The notes below the pieces were generated by a model, which had not been told where the DNA came from, made no database searches, and saw nothing but the letters and a program-made list of their open reading frames with translations. From Dictyostelium discoideum (taxonomy: Eukaryota), in the NCBI GenBank assembly GCA_000004695.1, contig CM000153.2, positions 4,800,001-4,864,000 of the forward strand: DNA of 64,000 bases, in the 5' to 3' direction. The position numbers were made by a program, and so were the translations under genes. Below are positions 1-14,847 of the stretch, piece after piece; position 1 is the stretch's first letter; every line of letters starts with the position of its first letter.

Positions 1-130
1 TAAAAAATAATATCTTCTTTCAATTTTAATATTTTTATATTTTTAATATTCCAATATTTTACTTTTATTATTTACAATTTTTCAATTATTATTATTTTTC
101 ATTGACTTTTTATTTTACTTTTTTTTATTT

Positions 131-509
131 TTATTTTTTATCTTTCCAAAAGGCAATACAACAAGTAATATAAGAAGATACTGTAATAAAGGGTAATAAT
201 GCAACTAATGGTCTTCTATCTCCATAATGTAGTCTATAAAGCGAAAAGGTTAATGCAATTGGAGTCGCAATAAAACTATATAGACATCCATACTGAAATC
301 TGTTTTTGAATCTACCACTAAAAATTAAATTTTGTAAGAAACAAAAATAATATAATAACAATAAAAATAATTATAAAAATTATAATAATTTACCTATCAT
401 TCATCATTAAAGTTGCAAGTAATACACCTGTTCCCCATATTGGTGTTGCCACTAATGCAAGACCATATACTACCTTTAAAGAGGTATATAATGCTTCTTT
501 ATTTAACAT
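131..509 (-). CDS. Small 4-TM membrane protein, TMEM14-like, copy 1; exons 394..509 and 131..317, about 100 aa
   Basis: ATG at 509 (rc of cat 507-509). Donor GTAAAT follows ...LLATLMMND. Acceptor is TTTTTAG, with exon 2 starting at 317; stop at 131 as in the ORF track. Protein MLNKEALYTSLKVVYGLALVATPIWGTGVLLATLMMNDS/GRFKNRFQYGCLYSFIATPIALTFSLYRLHYGDRRPLVALLPFITVSSYITCCIAFWKDKK. Weak, from-memory similarity to TMEM14 (YxxLVAxxxxG and RxxYxGxxxP segments). Confidence 0.4.
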
Positions 510-600
510 TTAATTGGTTAATAAAATTTAATGATGTGGTGGTGGTTTTAAAAAAAAATAAAAAAAAAAATTATTGCGAAGGTAGTTTAAAAAAAAAAAA

Positions 601-636
<36 letters not shown>

Positions 637-813
637 TGTAAAATTGTGGATCTGATTTCAAATCAAGATTCACTTTTTTTTTTTTAAAAAATTAAAACCA
701 AAAAATAAAAAAAAATAATAAAATTAAATATGTCACATTTTTGTATACTTAAAATTTTATTATTTTTTACAACTTTATTTATAAATTTTTTTATTTTTTT
801 ATTTTTTTTATTT

Positions 814-1228
814 TTATTTGTTTTTTTTATCACTAAAAAAAGCATTACAACAAATTACATATGTTGAAATTGGTATTAAAGGTAAATAAATAAAAAATGG
901 TAATTTATGACCTTTGTGTATACCAACAACACTTGAAGCTAAACAAAAAGGAGTGGCCACTAAACTTTCTAAACATCCATTTTGAAATCTATCTTTATAT
1001 GAATCACTATAAAATAAGTAATAAAAATAATAATAATCATAATAATAATAATATTAGTGATTGTGGAGAGAATAAACAAATAATTAATTGAAAATTATAA
1101 TACCTGTCATTCATCATAAAAGTTGCAAGTAATGCACCTGAACCCCATACTGGTGTTGCCACCAACGCAAGACCATAAACTACCTTAACTGAAGTATAAA
1201 CTGTGTTTTTTAAAGAAATTTTTGACAT
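814..1228 (-). CDS. Small 4-TM membrane protein, TMEM14-like, copy 2, tandem paralog of 131..509; exons 1104..1228 and 814..1006
   Basis: ATG at 1228, protein MSKISLKNTVYTSVKVVYGLALVATPVWGSGALLATFMMND. Donor GTATTA; acceptor TTTTATAG, exon 2 starts at 1006. Exon 2 encodes S-DSYKDRFQNGCLESLVATPFCLASSVVGIHKGHKLPFFIYLPLIPISTYVICCNAFFSDKKNK. Exon structure and splice phases (2/1) match copy 1. Confidence 0.4.
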
Positions 1229-1560
1229 TCTATTTTTAATTAAAAAAAAAAAAAAAAAAAAAAGTCAAAAGTAATCATTTCTCAAATTTGCATTTAGCGA
1301 AAAAAAAAAAAAAAGAAAAAAAAAAGATATTTTTTGTTTTTGATTATCTCAATTCAAACAATAAATATAAATTTTTTCAAAGAATGGTAACAATCTCAGA
1401 TTTGATTGATTTTTTTTTTTTTTTTTTTTTTTTTTTGATTTTTTTTTTTTTTTTATTAGAATATGCAAATTTGCTTTTTTATTAAAATTAGAACATCAAC
1501 TTTTTAATCATTAATCTCAAAAATTAAAAAATATTTTGTCACTATAACAAATCTAGATGT

Positions 1561-1591
<31 letters not shown>

Positions 1592-1885
1592 AAAATATAA
1601 AAAATAATAATTATACTACTACATTAATAATTAGATTTGATTTTTATTATTAAAATCAAATATCCATTAATGTAATAAATAAAAAATATATAAATTCTTT
1701 TAAAAAAATAAAAAAAAATTTATTACCTAATTTAATTTCAATTTCCCTTTTTTAATATATTTTTTTTATTTTTTATTTTTTAATTTTTTTTTTTATTTTT
1801 TTTTATATTTTTTTTTTAATTTTTTTTTTAAAATTTTTTATTTTACACCATTTTTTTTTTTTTTTTCCCAAAGTCAATAGTAAAA

Positions 1886-3027
1886 ATGGATAATGATAAA
1901 GAAAGAGATAATAAACCAATTGATATAGAAAAAACGTCCACAAATAATAATAATAATAACAATATCAATAATAACAATAATAATAATAATAATAATAATA
2001 ATACAAATAACAATGCACCTGCCAAATCCTCTGGTGGATGGTAAGAATATTTTTACATATATAAAATAAAAGAGAAAAAAAAAAAAATATATAGATAAAG
2101 AAATAAAAAATTAACACAAATAAAACAAAATAAAAAAATAAAATAGGGGGTTTTGGGGATTTAATAATATTATAGAATCAGTTCAAAAGATTAATATTAT
2201 GGAGACTGTAACACAACAAGTTCAACAAATTCAACAAATGAATATTATGGAGACTGTACAACAAATGAATTCAGATTTAGTCGACACAATAAAGACTAAA
2301 TCCGATCAAATGGTTAATCTATATAAAGAAGATTTAAAGGAATTTTCAAGTTCATTAATGACTGATACTTCTCAAATAATTCAATCTCAATATGATAATG
2401 TAAAACAATATATACCCGAAACCATATCAAATGCAGTAGAGGATTTTAGTAGCAATAACAATAATAATAACAATAACAATAGCAATAATAACAATAATGA
2501 TAATAATAGTAATTTATCTTCAACACCACTTAAATCACCAGCAAATATATTATTAAAGAGTATTTCATTCTTTACATCTGATCCAAGTGATATTCAAGAG
2601 TTTGAACAATGGTCAGTAGAGTTTGGTGATGTAGATAATCATAATTTAGAGATAAATACAATACTATCAGGTGATGATGGTGTAAAAACTTTATACTTAA
2701 ACTATGTACCATCAAAGATTTCTCATCAACAATTTTGGCTTAAATATTTTTATAAACAATATAAAACTCAAAAAGAGGAAGAAAAGAGACAATTAATCTT
2801 TCAACGTAAGTTTTTTTTTAAAAAAAAAAAAATAATAAAAACCATTACACCAAAATTATATTTATAATATAATTAACACTTATTCATTCATTCATTGTAG
2901 AAGTCTCACAATCAAAAGAAGAAGAAGAAGTTGGTTGGGATGATTTCGATGATAGTGAAAATTTAGATAACAATAGCAATATAAATAATAGCGATATTAA
3001 CAACGATGTAAATGAACCAATTAATGT

Positions 3028-3067
<40 letters not shown>

Positions 3068-3571
3068 AATAATGAAGAAATAGTGGATGGTGATGAAATA
3101 TCAAATTCTGCAACTATTGCAACATCAATAACTACAACAACAACAACAACAACAGCCTCATCCTTTACAAATACAGAAAATAAATCAGAAGAATTCATTG
3201 ATAGTGATGATGAATTGGATAGAGAAATTGAAAGAAAGTATCAAGAAGAACAAAGATTATTAGAAATAGAGAAACAAGAAAAATTAAGAAAGTCATTAAG
3301 CGCAAATTTTAATGATGTTAAAAAAGAAGAAGAAGAAGAAGAAGAAGAAAAAGAAGAAGAAGAAAAAGAAAATTTACAAGTTAATGAACAATTTGAAGAG
3401 AAACAAATAGAACAACCAATTGAACAATCAATTGAAAAACAAAATGAAGAACAAATAATAGAACAAATAATAGAACAAACAATAGAACAAAAAGAATTAG
3501 TTTTTGATAATGAAAATAATAATAGTAACATTCAAGCCAATGAAGATGATGAAGAGTTAGGTTGGGATTAA
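1886..3571 (+). CDS. BSD domain-containing protein; exons 1886..2040, 2147..2805, 2901..3571
   Basis: ATG at 1886. Donor GTAAGA at 2041 and acceptor AATAG at 2145-2146 give tg+g=Trp. Donor GTAAGT at 2806 and acceptor TTGTAG at 2899-2900 give c+aa=Gln, in frame with the ORF ending 3571 (...EELGWD*). Exon 2 carries the BSD hallmark ...ISHQQFWLKYFYKQY (conserved F-W pair). The protein has poly-N, poly-Q, poly-T and poly-E tracts and conserved W-D/FDD acidic tails. Confidence 0.55.
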
Positions 3572-4108
3572 AAAACAAAAACATAACCAAAAATAAAATT
3601 AAAAATAAAAAAAACATAACCAAAAACAAAAAATTTTTGGAAATTGGGAAATAAAATTTCTTTATTAGTGTTTTTTTGAGCGAAAATATTTTTTAATTTT
3701 TTTATTTTTAATTTTTTTTTTTTTTTTTATTTTTTTTTTTTTTTTTTTTTTAATTTATTTTTTTTTTTATTTTTTTTTTTAAAAATTTTTTTTTTTTCAA
3801 GATAATTGAAAATTTTTTATATTAATTCTCTCACCAAATCACCTTAAAAAAAAAAAAAAAATTTATAATATCATTTTTATTATTTATTCGTATACATTAA
3901 ACAAATATTAATAACTTCGTTTTTTACACATAAAAAAAATTAATAAAAATAAAAAAATATAATTTTAATAAAAAAAAATTACATATAAATATAAATAAAA
4001 ATATTACCCCTAATTTTCACTATTGCACAAAAACTAAACAATAAATAAAATAAATAAATAAAATAAATAAATACATATATATATATATACAAAAAAATCT
4101 TTTAGGAA

Positions 4109-4172
4109 ATGACAGATACTGAAAAAAGTTTTAAAGTTGTCCTTCTTGGTGAAGGTAATTTCATAGATTTAA

Positions 4173-4203
<31 letters not shown>

Positions 4204-4727
4204 TATATATATATTAAATATTTACTAATTTGAATCAAATTCAATAAATAGGTTGTGTTGGTAAAACATCAATAGTTTTTAGATATATAGACAATATATT
4301 TAACGATAAACATTTAATGACTCAACACGCAGGTTTCTTTCAAAAACATATAAATATAGGTGGTAAAAGAATTTGTTTGACAATTTGGGATACAGGTAAT
4401 TTTATAATATATATATAACATATATATATTTACATATTTTTATTTATATTAAATATTCACTATATAAATGTACTAATATTATTTTTATTTTAACAATAAC
4501 AGCAGGACAAGAAAGATTTCATGCACTAGGACCAATTTATTATAGAGGTTCACAAGGTGCACTTGTTGTTTACGATATTACAGATAATGATTCATTTATT
4601 AAAGCAAAAAATTGGATTAAAGAATTAAAAACTATGTTGGGAAATGATATCTCTCTTTGTATTATTGGTAATAAATGTGATCTAGAAAAAACTCGTGTCA
4701 TTCCTTTGGCTGACGCAGAAGCGTAAG

Positions 4728-4760
<33 letters not shown>

Positions 4761-5187
4761 ACAAAACTAAATATTTGAGTGGATTATCAAAAGTATTCTT
4801 TTACTAACTAATTTAAATTTTCTTTTAAAACATTTTAGTTATGCAAAATCAGTAGGTGCAATTCATTATAGTACATCAGCAAAATTAAATAAGGGTATTG
4901 AGGAACTTTTCTTAGATCTCACAAGACGTATGTATATTTTAAAAATACACTCATATTATCATTCCTTTTGTTGTGTTCTTCCACTATTTTCCACATACTT
5001 TTTTTTTTTTTTTTTTTTTTTTCAAAGTCGGCAACCTAAAAATTTGAACTTTTTTTTTTGTTTAAGAAAATTCCAAAATATCTATTTTTTTTTTTTATAT
5101 TTTTTTTTTTTATTTTTATTTTCTTTTAAAACAGATCATCTAACTTAAATCTAAAAAAAAAATTATCTTATTAAAAAAAAAAAAAAA

Positions 5188-5281
<94 letters not shown>

Positions 5282-5424
5282 TAGGAATGATCTTAAATTC
5301 TTCAGGTGTCGTAATTCATTCAAATACCAACACTACAGGTCAAACTACAAATAGATCAGAAAGAATTCCAATTGTACCAGATAGCGATTCAGGTAATAAA
5401 CAACCAGGTTGTTGTTCAAATTAA
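4109..5424 (+). CDS. rab21: Rab family small GTPase Rab21; exons 4109..4154, 4252..4395, 4503..4722, 4839..4927, 5285..5424
   Basis: Spliced protein MTDTEKSFKVVLLGEGCVGKTSIVFRYIDNIFNDKHLMTQHAGFFQKHINIGGKRICLTIWDTAGQERFHALGPIYYRGSQGALVVYDITDNDSFIKAKNWIKELKTMLGNDISLCIIGNKCDLEKTRVIPLADAEAYAKSVGAIHYSTSAKLNKGIEELFLDLTRRMILNSS...GCCSN*. It aligns almost residue-for-residue with Rab21 as I remember it (GEGCVGKTS, WDTAGQERF, NKxD, SAK, LxKRMI) and ends in a CC prenylation motif. Donors are GTAATT, GTAATT, GTAAGT, GTATGT; splice phases checked arithmetically. Confidence 0.8.
5187..5280. repeat. (AAT)n microsatellite, about 31 units, inside rab21 intron 4
   Basis: A perfect aat repeat lies directly upstream of the acceptor ATAG at 5283-5284. 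Confidence 0.9.
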
Positions 5425-5668
5425 TTTAAAAAACAATAATATCAAATAAATATCAATATGAACCCAAATTAATATCACATCGTTGTTGTCATTTTTATTC
5501 TTATCATACCGCAATTTCGTCATCATTCATTTACATTACTATAAACAATTCTTATCTCATCACCATCATCATTATATCAACAATACGTTTCCATCCTCGC
5601 AATAACCAAGTTTTAAAAAAAAAAAAAAACAAGAAAAGAAAAAAAGAAAAAAAAAAAAAGAAGAAAAG

Positions 5669-5699
<31 letters not shown>

Positions 5700-6033
5700 G
5701 AAAAAAAAAAGGAAAAAAAAAGAAAAAACATATAAAATAGATAAAATTAAATTTTAATTTTTTAAACCTTGTAAAATTTTTATATAAACATTAAGAATAT
5801 AATTTTACCTATTTTTTAATTTTATATTATTTTTTTTTTAAATAAAGTTTACTTTTTCTTTTAAAGTGAATAAAAAAAAGAAAAAAAAAAAAAAAGCAAA
5901 AGATTTTTGTTTATAGTTTTTTTTTATTTGTAAAGTTAATAGAATAAAAAGGATTTTTTAAATAAATTGTTAGATTGATATATATATATAATAAAATAAA
6001 ATTTATATATATTGTGATTGTTATTGATTATTT

Positions 6034-6948
6034 TTAAGCTTTAACAATTTTAACAGTTGAAAATGATGGATTTAAAGTTGCAGATACAAAACCAAATGAG
6101 AAAGAATCGCCAGCTTGAAGATTAACAACAAATGGTGGGAAACTTAAATTACCAGTTTTTTGACTTCTTACAATATTCCAAAATTCAGTTGGATTCCAAT
6201 TATCAGAATGAATTTCAATTGATTTAATTGGTGAACTTTCATTATTGGTTAATGTGACTTTATATTGATAATATGTTACACCATTGGCTACCCAATTACT
6301 ATCAGTATCTAATTTATAATTGATTTTTGGTGTTCCAACTGGTGGTGTTGTTGGAGCAACTGTTGGTGTTGGTGTAACTGTTGGAGTAACTGTTGGTGTA
6401 TTACAAGGTTCACCATAATTAAGTTTTGGACATGTATCATATGATTTTAACTAAAAAATTTATTATATTAAATAATTGATTTGAATTAAATTAATGATAA
6501 TAGTTATAATTATAATAATAATAAAAATACATACTGCAACTGTATAATAAAAGTTATTTAAATTGAAGAAACCAACATTACCATTACAAGTAAGTTGAGT
6601 ATTAGTTTGTTTTAATCTAAGATTACCATCACTTAATCTAATACTAAAATCATCAACACGGAATTGATAATCAGCTGCAAATGGTTGAACTAATCCACGA
6701 GAACTACATGTTGTTTCATAGGTTTGTAAATTGTATAATGATTCCCTTAATACAAATTCACCAGATGCAAAAACTAAATTACCTTTATAACCTTCTTGAG
6801 CCAATGATTGATAATGAACACCAGAGATTGAAACTTGAACACATTTTGATGGATCAGCTAATGATGAAAGTAATTGATTACAACTGGTATCACCAAATGC
6901 AACTGATGAAACACCTAATAATGCAACTAATGAATATAATAATTTCAT
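6034..6948 (-). CDS. Secreted protein with Pro/Thr-rich linker and C-terminal carbohydrate-binding-like domain; exons 6535..6948 and 6034..6450
   Basis: ATG at 6948, signal peptide MKLLYSLVALLGVSSVAFG. Donor GTATGT sits at 6534-6533 (rc) after ...FYYTVA. Acceptor TTTTTTAG, exon 2 starts at 6450, stop TAA at 6034-6036. Exon 2 encodes LKSYDTCPKLNYGEPCNTPTVTPTVTPTPTVAPTTPPVGTPKINYKLDTDSNWVANGVTYYQYKVTLTNNESSPIKSIEIHSDNWNPTEFWNIVRSQKTGNLSFPPFVVNLQAGDSFSFGFVSATLNPSFSTVKIVKA. A PT-linker followed by an aromatic-rich beta domain is typical of Dictyostelium cellulose-binding or cell-wall proteins; this is a domain guess. Confidence 0.5.
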
Positions 6949-7486
6949 TTTTTATTTTTCTTTTTTTCTTTTTTTTTTTTTGATAAATAAATAAATATAA
7001 AATTTAATAGGATTTAAAATAATAAATAAATAAATATTTAATGTTTTATGTTTAATATTTAATGAAAATTATATTTTTTTTTTTTCCTTTTTATAATTTT
7101 TTTCCTTTTTTTTTTTTTTTCCTTTTTATAATTTTTTTTTCCTTTTTTTATTGTTATAATATTTTTTTATTTTTTTAAAGTTTACATAAATTATAAAAAC
7201 CAGTGTCATTTTATATTGATTTTTTTTCTATAATTGTATATTCGAGAATGTGTTGGTGTGAATGTAATAAATTGTGTGAGTGGGTTGGAGTTTGAAAAAA
7301 AAAAGTTTTTTTGACATGCATAACAACGACAAGCTCGTTTGGATAATACAAAATTTAATTTAACTAAACACATAATTAAAAAAAAAAAATACATTGTTGT
7401 AAAGAAATACAGATTAAAGATTTTATCCTTTTTTATATTATAAAAAAAAATAACAACATCTATGATAATTGATGATATCATTAAAA

Positions 7487-7517
<31 letters not shown>

Positions 7518-7532
7518 TAAGGGGTTTGCTCC

Positions 7533-7568
<36 letters not shown>

Positions 7569-7813
7569 GGCGAGTGATAATAAATTCATATGATTGATTT
7601 AATGTCTTAGTATTTGAGTAATATTTTTATTTACATTATTTTTTATTATATTTTTTTTTTTTTATTCAGATTTACAATTAACAATTCTCTTTTTAATTGT
7701 TTCAACATCTCTTTCAATTTCATTAAATAATCTTTTTTAAAAAAAAAATAAAGGATTAATATGTTTTTTTTTTTTTTTTTTTTTTTTTCTGGAAAATAAT
7801 AATAAAAATAAAC

Positions 7814-11421
<3,608 letters not shown>

Positions 11422-11872
11422 TGGGTGGTTTTGTATCTGTTTTAGTGATAAAGTTACTATATTCGCGCCTAATTATTTGAAAATTTAAATTTTAACAGTT
11501 TCCAAAATAAAAAAAAAAACAAAAAAAAAAAAAAAAAAATTTTTAAAAAAAAAAATAATAAAAAAATTTTTAAAAAAAAAAAATGATATAAATTTGGGTT
11601 TAAAATTTTTTGGTTTGATTTGGTATTTATTTTAAAAATTAGTTAACCAATCGATCCGTTTTTTTTTTTAAAAAATAAAATTAAAAAAAATAAAAAGCAA
11701 TCTAGATTTCTTTTTATACAAAATTTATTCCCAACTCATTGTTCTTAAAAATAAAAATCAATTACAAAAAATGAATAGTAAATAGTTAAATTACAAAAAT
11801 AATTATTTATTAAAAAAATAAAATATATATATTTATATTGAGAAATATCCATTCTCAACGAAATTTAGCCAA

Positions 11873-12232
11873 TTGCAATTAATTTTATCCGCAACTGCTA
11901 TAATTAATTCAGATTCAGATTCATGTTTAAATATAGAATTTGATAAGACAACGAGTCAAGGTTCAGATTTTATTAAATTATCAATATCAAATAAAAGTTT
12001 ATATGGTAGACTAATTAAAAGAGCATTGGTTGGTTCAGTTCCAATTACAATTTCAAATGAATTATTAGATAAATCATTAGGTGTAATTAGTGATTCTCAC
12101 ACATCTCAATCATTTATTGGTATTAATGTATCAATTTATAATAAAAATGTAATAATTGATCCAGATTTCTCATTACTTATCAATTCAAATCCATCGACAA
12201 CAAATGATAATGAAAATTTAAAACATATATAA
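11873..12232 (+). CDS. Unassigned ORF, Ser/Ile/Asn-rich, no in-frame ATG; possible internal exon or spurious
   Basis: 119-codon open frame. The start listed in the ORF track is TTG. The frame opens at 11822 with no ATG, and no phase-compatible upstream exon was found. Confidence 0.15.
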   Translation: MQLILSATAIINSDSDSCLNIEFDKTTSQGSDFIKLSISNKSLYGRLIKRALVGSVPITISNELLDKSLGVISDSHTSQSFIGINVSIYNKNVIIDPDFSLLINSNPSTTNDNENLKHI

Positions 12233-12412
12233 AAACACACAAATAAAAAAACAAATAAAAAACACTAAATAGGGTTTTTTATTTTTTGAATTTAATTTTA
12301 AACAATTTTACATTGGTAATATTTATTTATTTTCTTTTTTTATTGATACATTTTGAAATGACGAAGGAAATAATTTCCTTGGTTGAATTAATTAATTAAT
12401 TAATTAATTTAG

Positions 12413-12787
12413 TTAATGGCATAGTGAGTGACAGCTTCCAGTTGCAATTCCAACAGATGAACTATAACCAACTGAACTTGAGTAGCTTGAGTTATAAGAA
12501 AAACCTGAACCTGAACTTTGATAGCTTGAGCTATATGAATAACTTGAGCCTCCACAAGCAGTAATACATGCAACTGAATTAGAACTCAACGACAATGAAG
12601 CACCTCCATTTGATGAAACAACAGATTTACTAATTTTATTTGGTCTTGAAATTGAAGTAATTGCAGCTATTTATTAGAAATTAAAAAAAAAAAAAAAGTT
12701 TAAAAAAAGAAAGGAACTAATTAGTTTTTTATTTTTTTTTTTTTTTTTAGTATTTTATTTTATTTTGAACATACATAAAATTGTCAT
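12413..12787 (-). CDS. HssA/2C/7E-family small Ser/Gly/Tyr-rich protein; exons 12775..12787 and 12413..12666, about 88 aa
   Basis: 13-nt first exon ATGACAATTTTAT followed by GTATGT. The 108-nt AT-rich intron ends in AAATAG. The protein is [88 protein letters not shown]. Exon 1 length and splice phase match the array at 45.5-50 kb. Confidence 0.55.
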
Positions 12788-13696
12788 TTTTTTAAGATTT
12801 TTTTTTTTATTTTATTAATCAAATAATTTATTTTTTGAATTTATCTAATATTGAAATTTATATTTTTAATTTCAATTTATACTTTTTTTTTTTATTAAAA
12901 ATAAAAAATAAAAATAAAAATTAAATTTAATTATTTATTATTATTTATTTACATAAACATATATATATTTATATATGATTAATGGTAGAAATAATATTTT
13001 TTAATTTGCCAATACGTGTGGGAAATTAATTTTAAAATACAATTTTTTAACAACATAATAAAAAAAAAACAATAAGCAGTTCACCACTTAAGTTATTTAT
13101 AGCAGTTTTTTAAAAAAAGCTATTTATAGTAGATTCCAAAATAATACATTGCAACAATATCTAGATAAGTTTGGTAGTTTATACTATCACTATCTGTTTT
13201 GTAATAAAAAAAAAAAAAAAAAAATTATGTCATATTTGGGTAAAAAATTAAAAAAAAAAAAAAAAATAATATTTTTTTATTTATTATCTATACTTGTATT
13301 TTTTATTAATAATAACAATGGTATTCACGAGTTTGGTATTTACCACTATCAATGTGGCACCAAAATTTTTTTTATATTTTTTTTTTTATTTATTAATTCC
13401 TTTTTTATTAGTGAACCGAATAATTTTTTTAGGGAGTGCATTTCAATTTATTCCAAGTTTGTTAATTAATTCTCTTTAATCCTCAATATATTAATAATAA
13501 TTTCATCAATATTTAAATATTTCTTTTTTAAATTTATTATTATTGCTATTTTTTATTTTGGTTTTGATTAATTTTATCTTTAACCATTTTTTTTCACATC
13601 CATGTTTATTTAAAAAAAAAAAAATTCTTCACACTTGATTTTTTTTTTCCCAAATAAGATACTTTTTTAAGCAAAAAAAAATTGTTTATTATTTAT

Positions 13697-13739
<43 letters not shown>

Positions 13740-13820
13740 GTAAACATTTTATTTTTATTTTTTATTTTTTATTTTTTATTTTTTAATTATTTGAAATTTG
13801 TTGATTAGTTATTTTATTAA

Positions 13821-14650
13821 TCATATAGTCTTTGAAAACTGGGAAACTTGAGAAAGGTAATTTAAAATTGATTTTGAATTTGAATTGAATTCTTTAACAC
13901 TTGATAGTTTGTCAATGAATTTTGATATCTTTTCACTATCTTGAATTGAACAATCTTTGAAATAATCTTTATTTAATGGATTTTCAACTTCAATTTTAAA
14001 TATTAAATTTCTTTCATGATCTGAATGAAATTCATTTAAAAATTGGTCAAGTAATTCTACATCTGCTGTTTTAATAATATTCGAATTATAAAAACATTGT
14101 GGAATTAATTCTGCCTTTGAAACATGTTCCACTGAAGATTTTAAACCATTGAAAATGAATTTTGTAGATTCTAATGTTAATGAATCAATTGGAAACATTA
14201 AAACTTGAAATAGCTTGTAAAATCTCTACTTTTTGACCTGCTTTAAAACTTTTTAGATTATGTGATAATGTTTTAAAATCAATTTTTAAATCGGGAATTT
14301 TATAAAATTTGGTTGCAATATTAACGAAATCTTTTAAAATTGAAAGAGAATCTTCTTTTTCAGGATATTCTATTAATATTTTAAAAAAATAAAAACTTGA
14401 AATGATAGAATCTTGATATAGTTCCTTCTTTTGATAACTCTTTTCTAAATAACTATAAACTGATTGTGGAGGATATGATCGATTTCGAAATGTTTCAGTA
14501 ATATAATCACCATCAAAATATAAATTATTTTCATTTTTAACGAATCCTCTATTAAGTAATTCAATTTTAATTTTTTCTGGTATCTTTAACCTAGTTGCAA
14601 GTTTAAAAAATTGTTTTGATGTATACTACTATTATTATTATTATTATTAT
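13821..14650 (-). pseudogene. Decayed partial paralog of the 21852..25148 gene, matching its residues about 270-530
   Basis: The minus-strand translation gives TSKQFFKLATRLKIPEKIKIELLNRGFVKNENNLYFDGDYITETF...ILIEYPEKEDSLSILKDFVNIATKF...AGQKVEILQAISSFN. It then frameshifts into MFPIDSLTLESTKFIFNGLKSSVEHVSKAELIPQCFYNSNIIKTADVELLDQFLNEFHSDHERNLIFKIEVENPLNKDYFKDCSIQDSEKISKFIDKLSSVKEFNSNSKS. The second stretch is more than 80% identical to the big gene. A TAG lies just upstream and there is a non-triplet deletion relative to the parent. Confidence 0.6.
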
Positions 14651-14847
14651 TATTAATTCTTTGATTTCATATATGAGATGATTATTTTTTTTTTTTTTTT
14701 TTTTTCATATTAATACGGCTAAATGATAATGAAAAAAAAAAATGATTGGAAAAGGAATTTATTTTTTTAAACAATAATAATTAAATTGCCTGAATTTTTT
14801 ATTTAAATTTTTTATTTTGAGGATATTGTGGATTAGGATTAATAAAT

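Noticed and set aside
413-655. ORF-track entries in poly-A/poly-T DNA. These include 413..655, 1288..1485, 4930..5148, 13149..13479, 18171..18362, 33838..34110, 34891..35073, 35273..35473, 43784..43972, 49400..49636, 52939..53154 and 56370..56573.
   Set aside because: They translate homopolymer runs (poly-K/F/L). There is no codon structure, no splice-compatible neighbours and no recognisable domains. They sit in intergenic or intronic AT-rich DNA.
7206-7481. 91-aa minus-strand ORF with a Cys-rich stretch (KRACRCYACQKNFFF).
   Set aside because: The surrounding frame is poly-T and poly-A derived. There is no ATG context or partner exon, and it lies in the lin9 3' flank. It is most likely chance.
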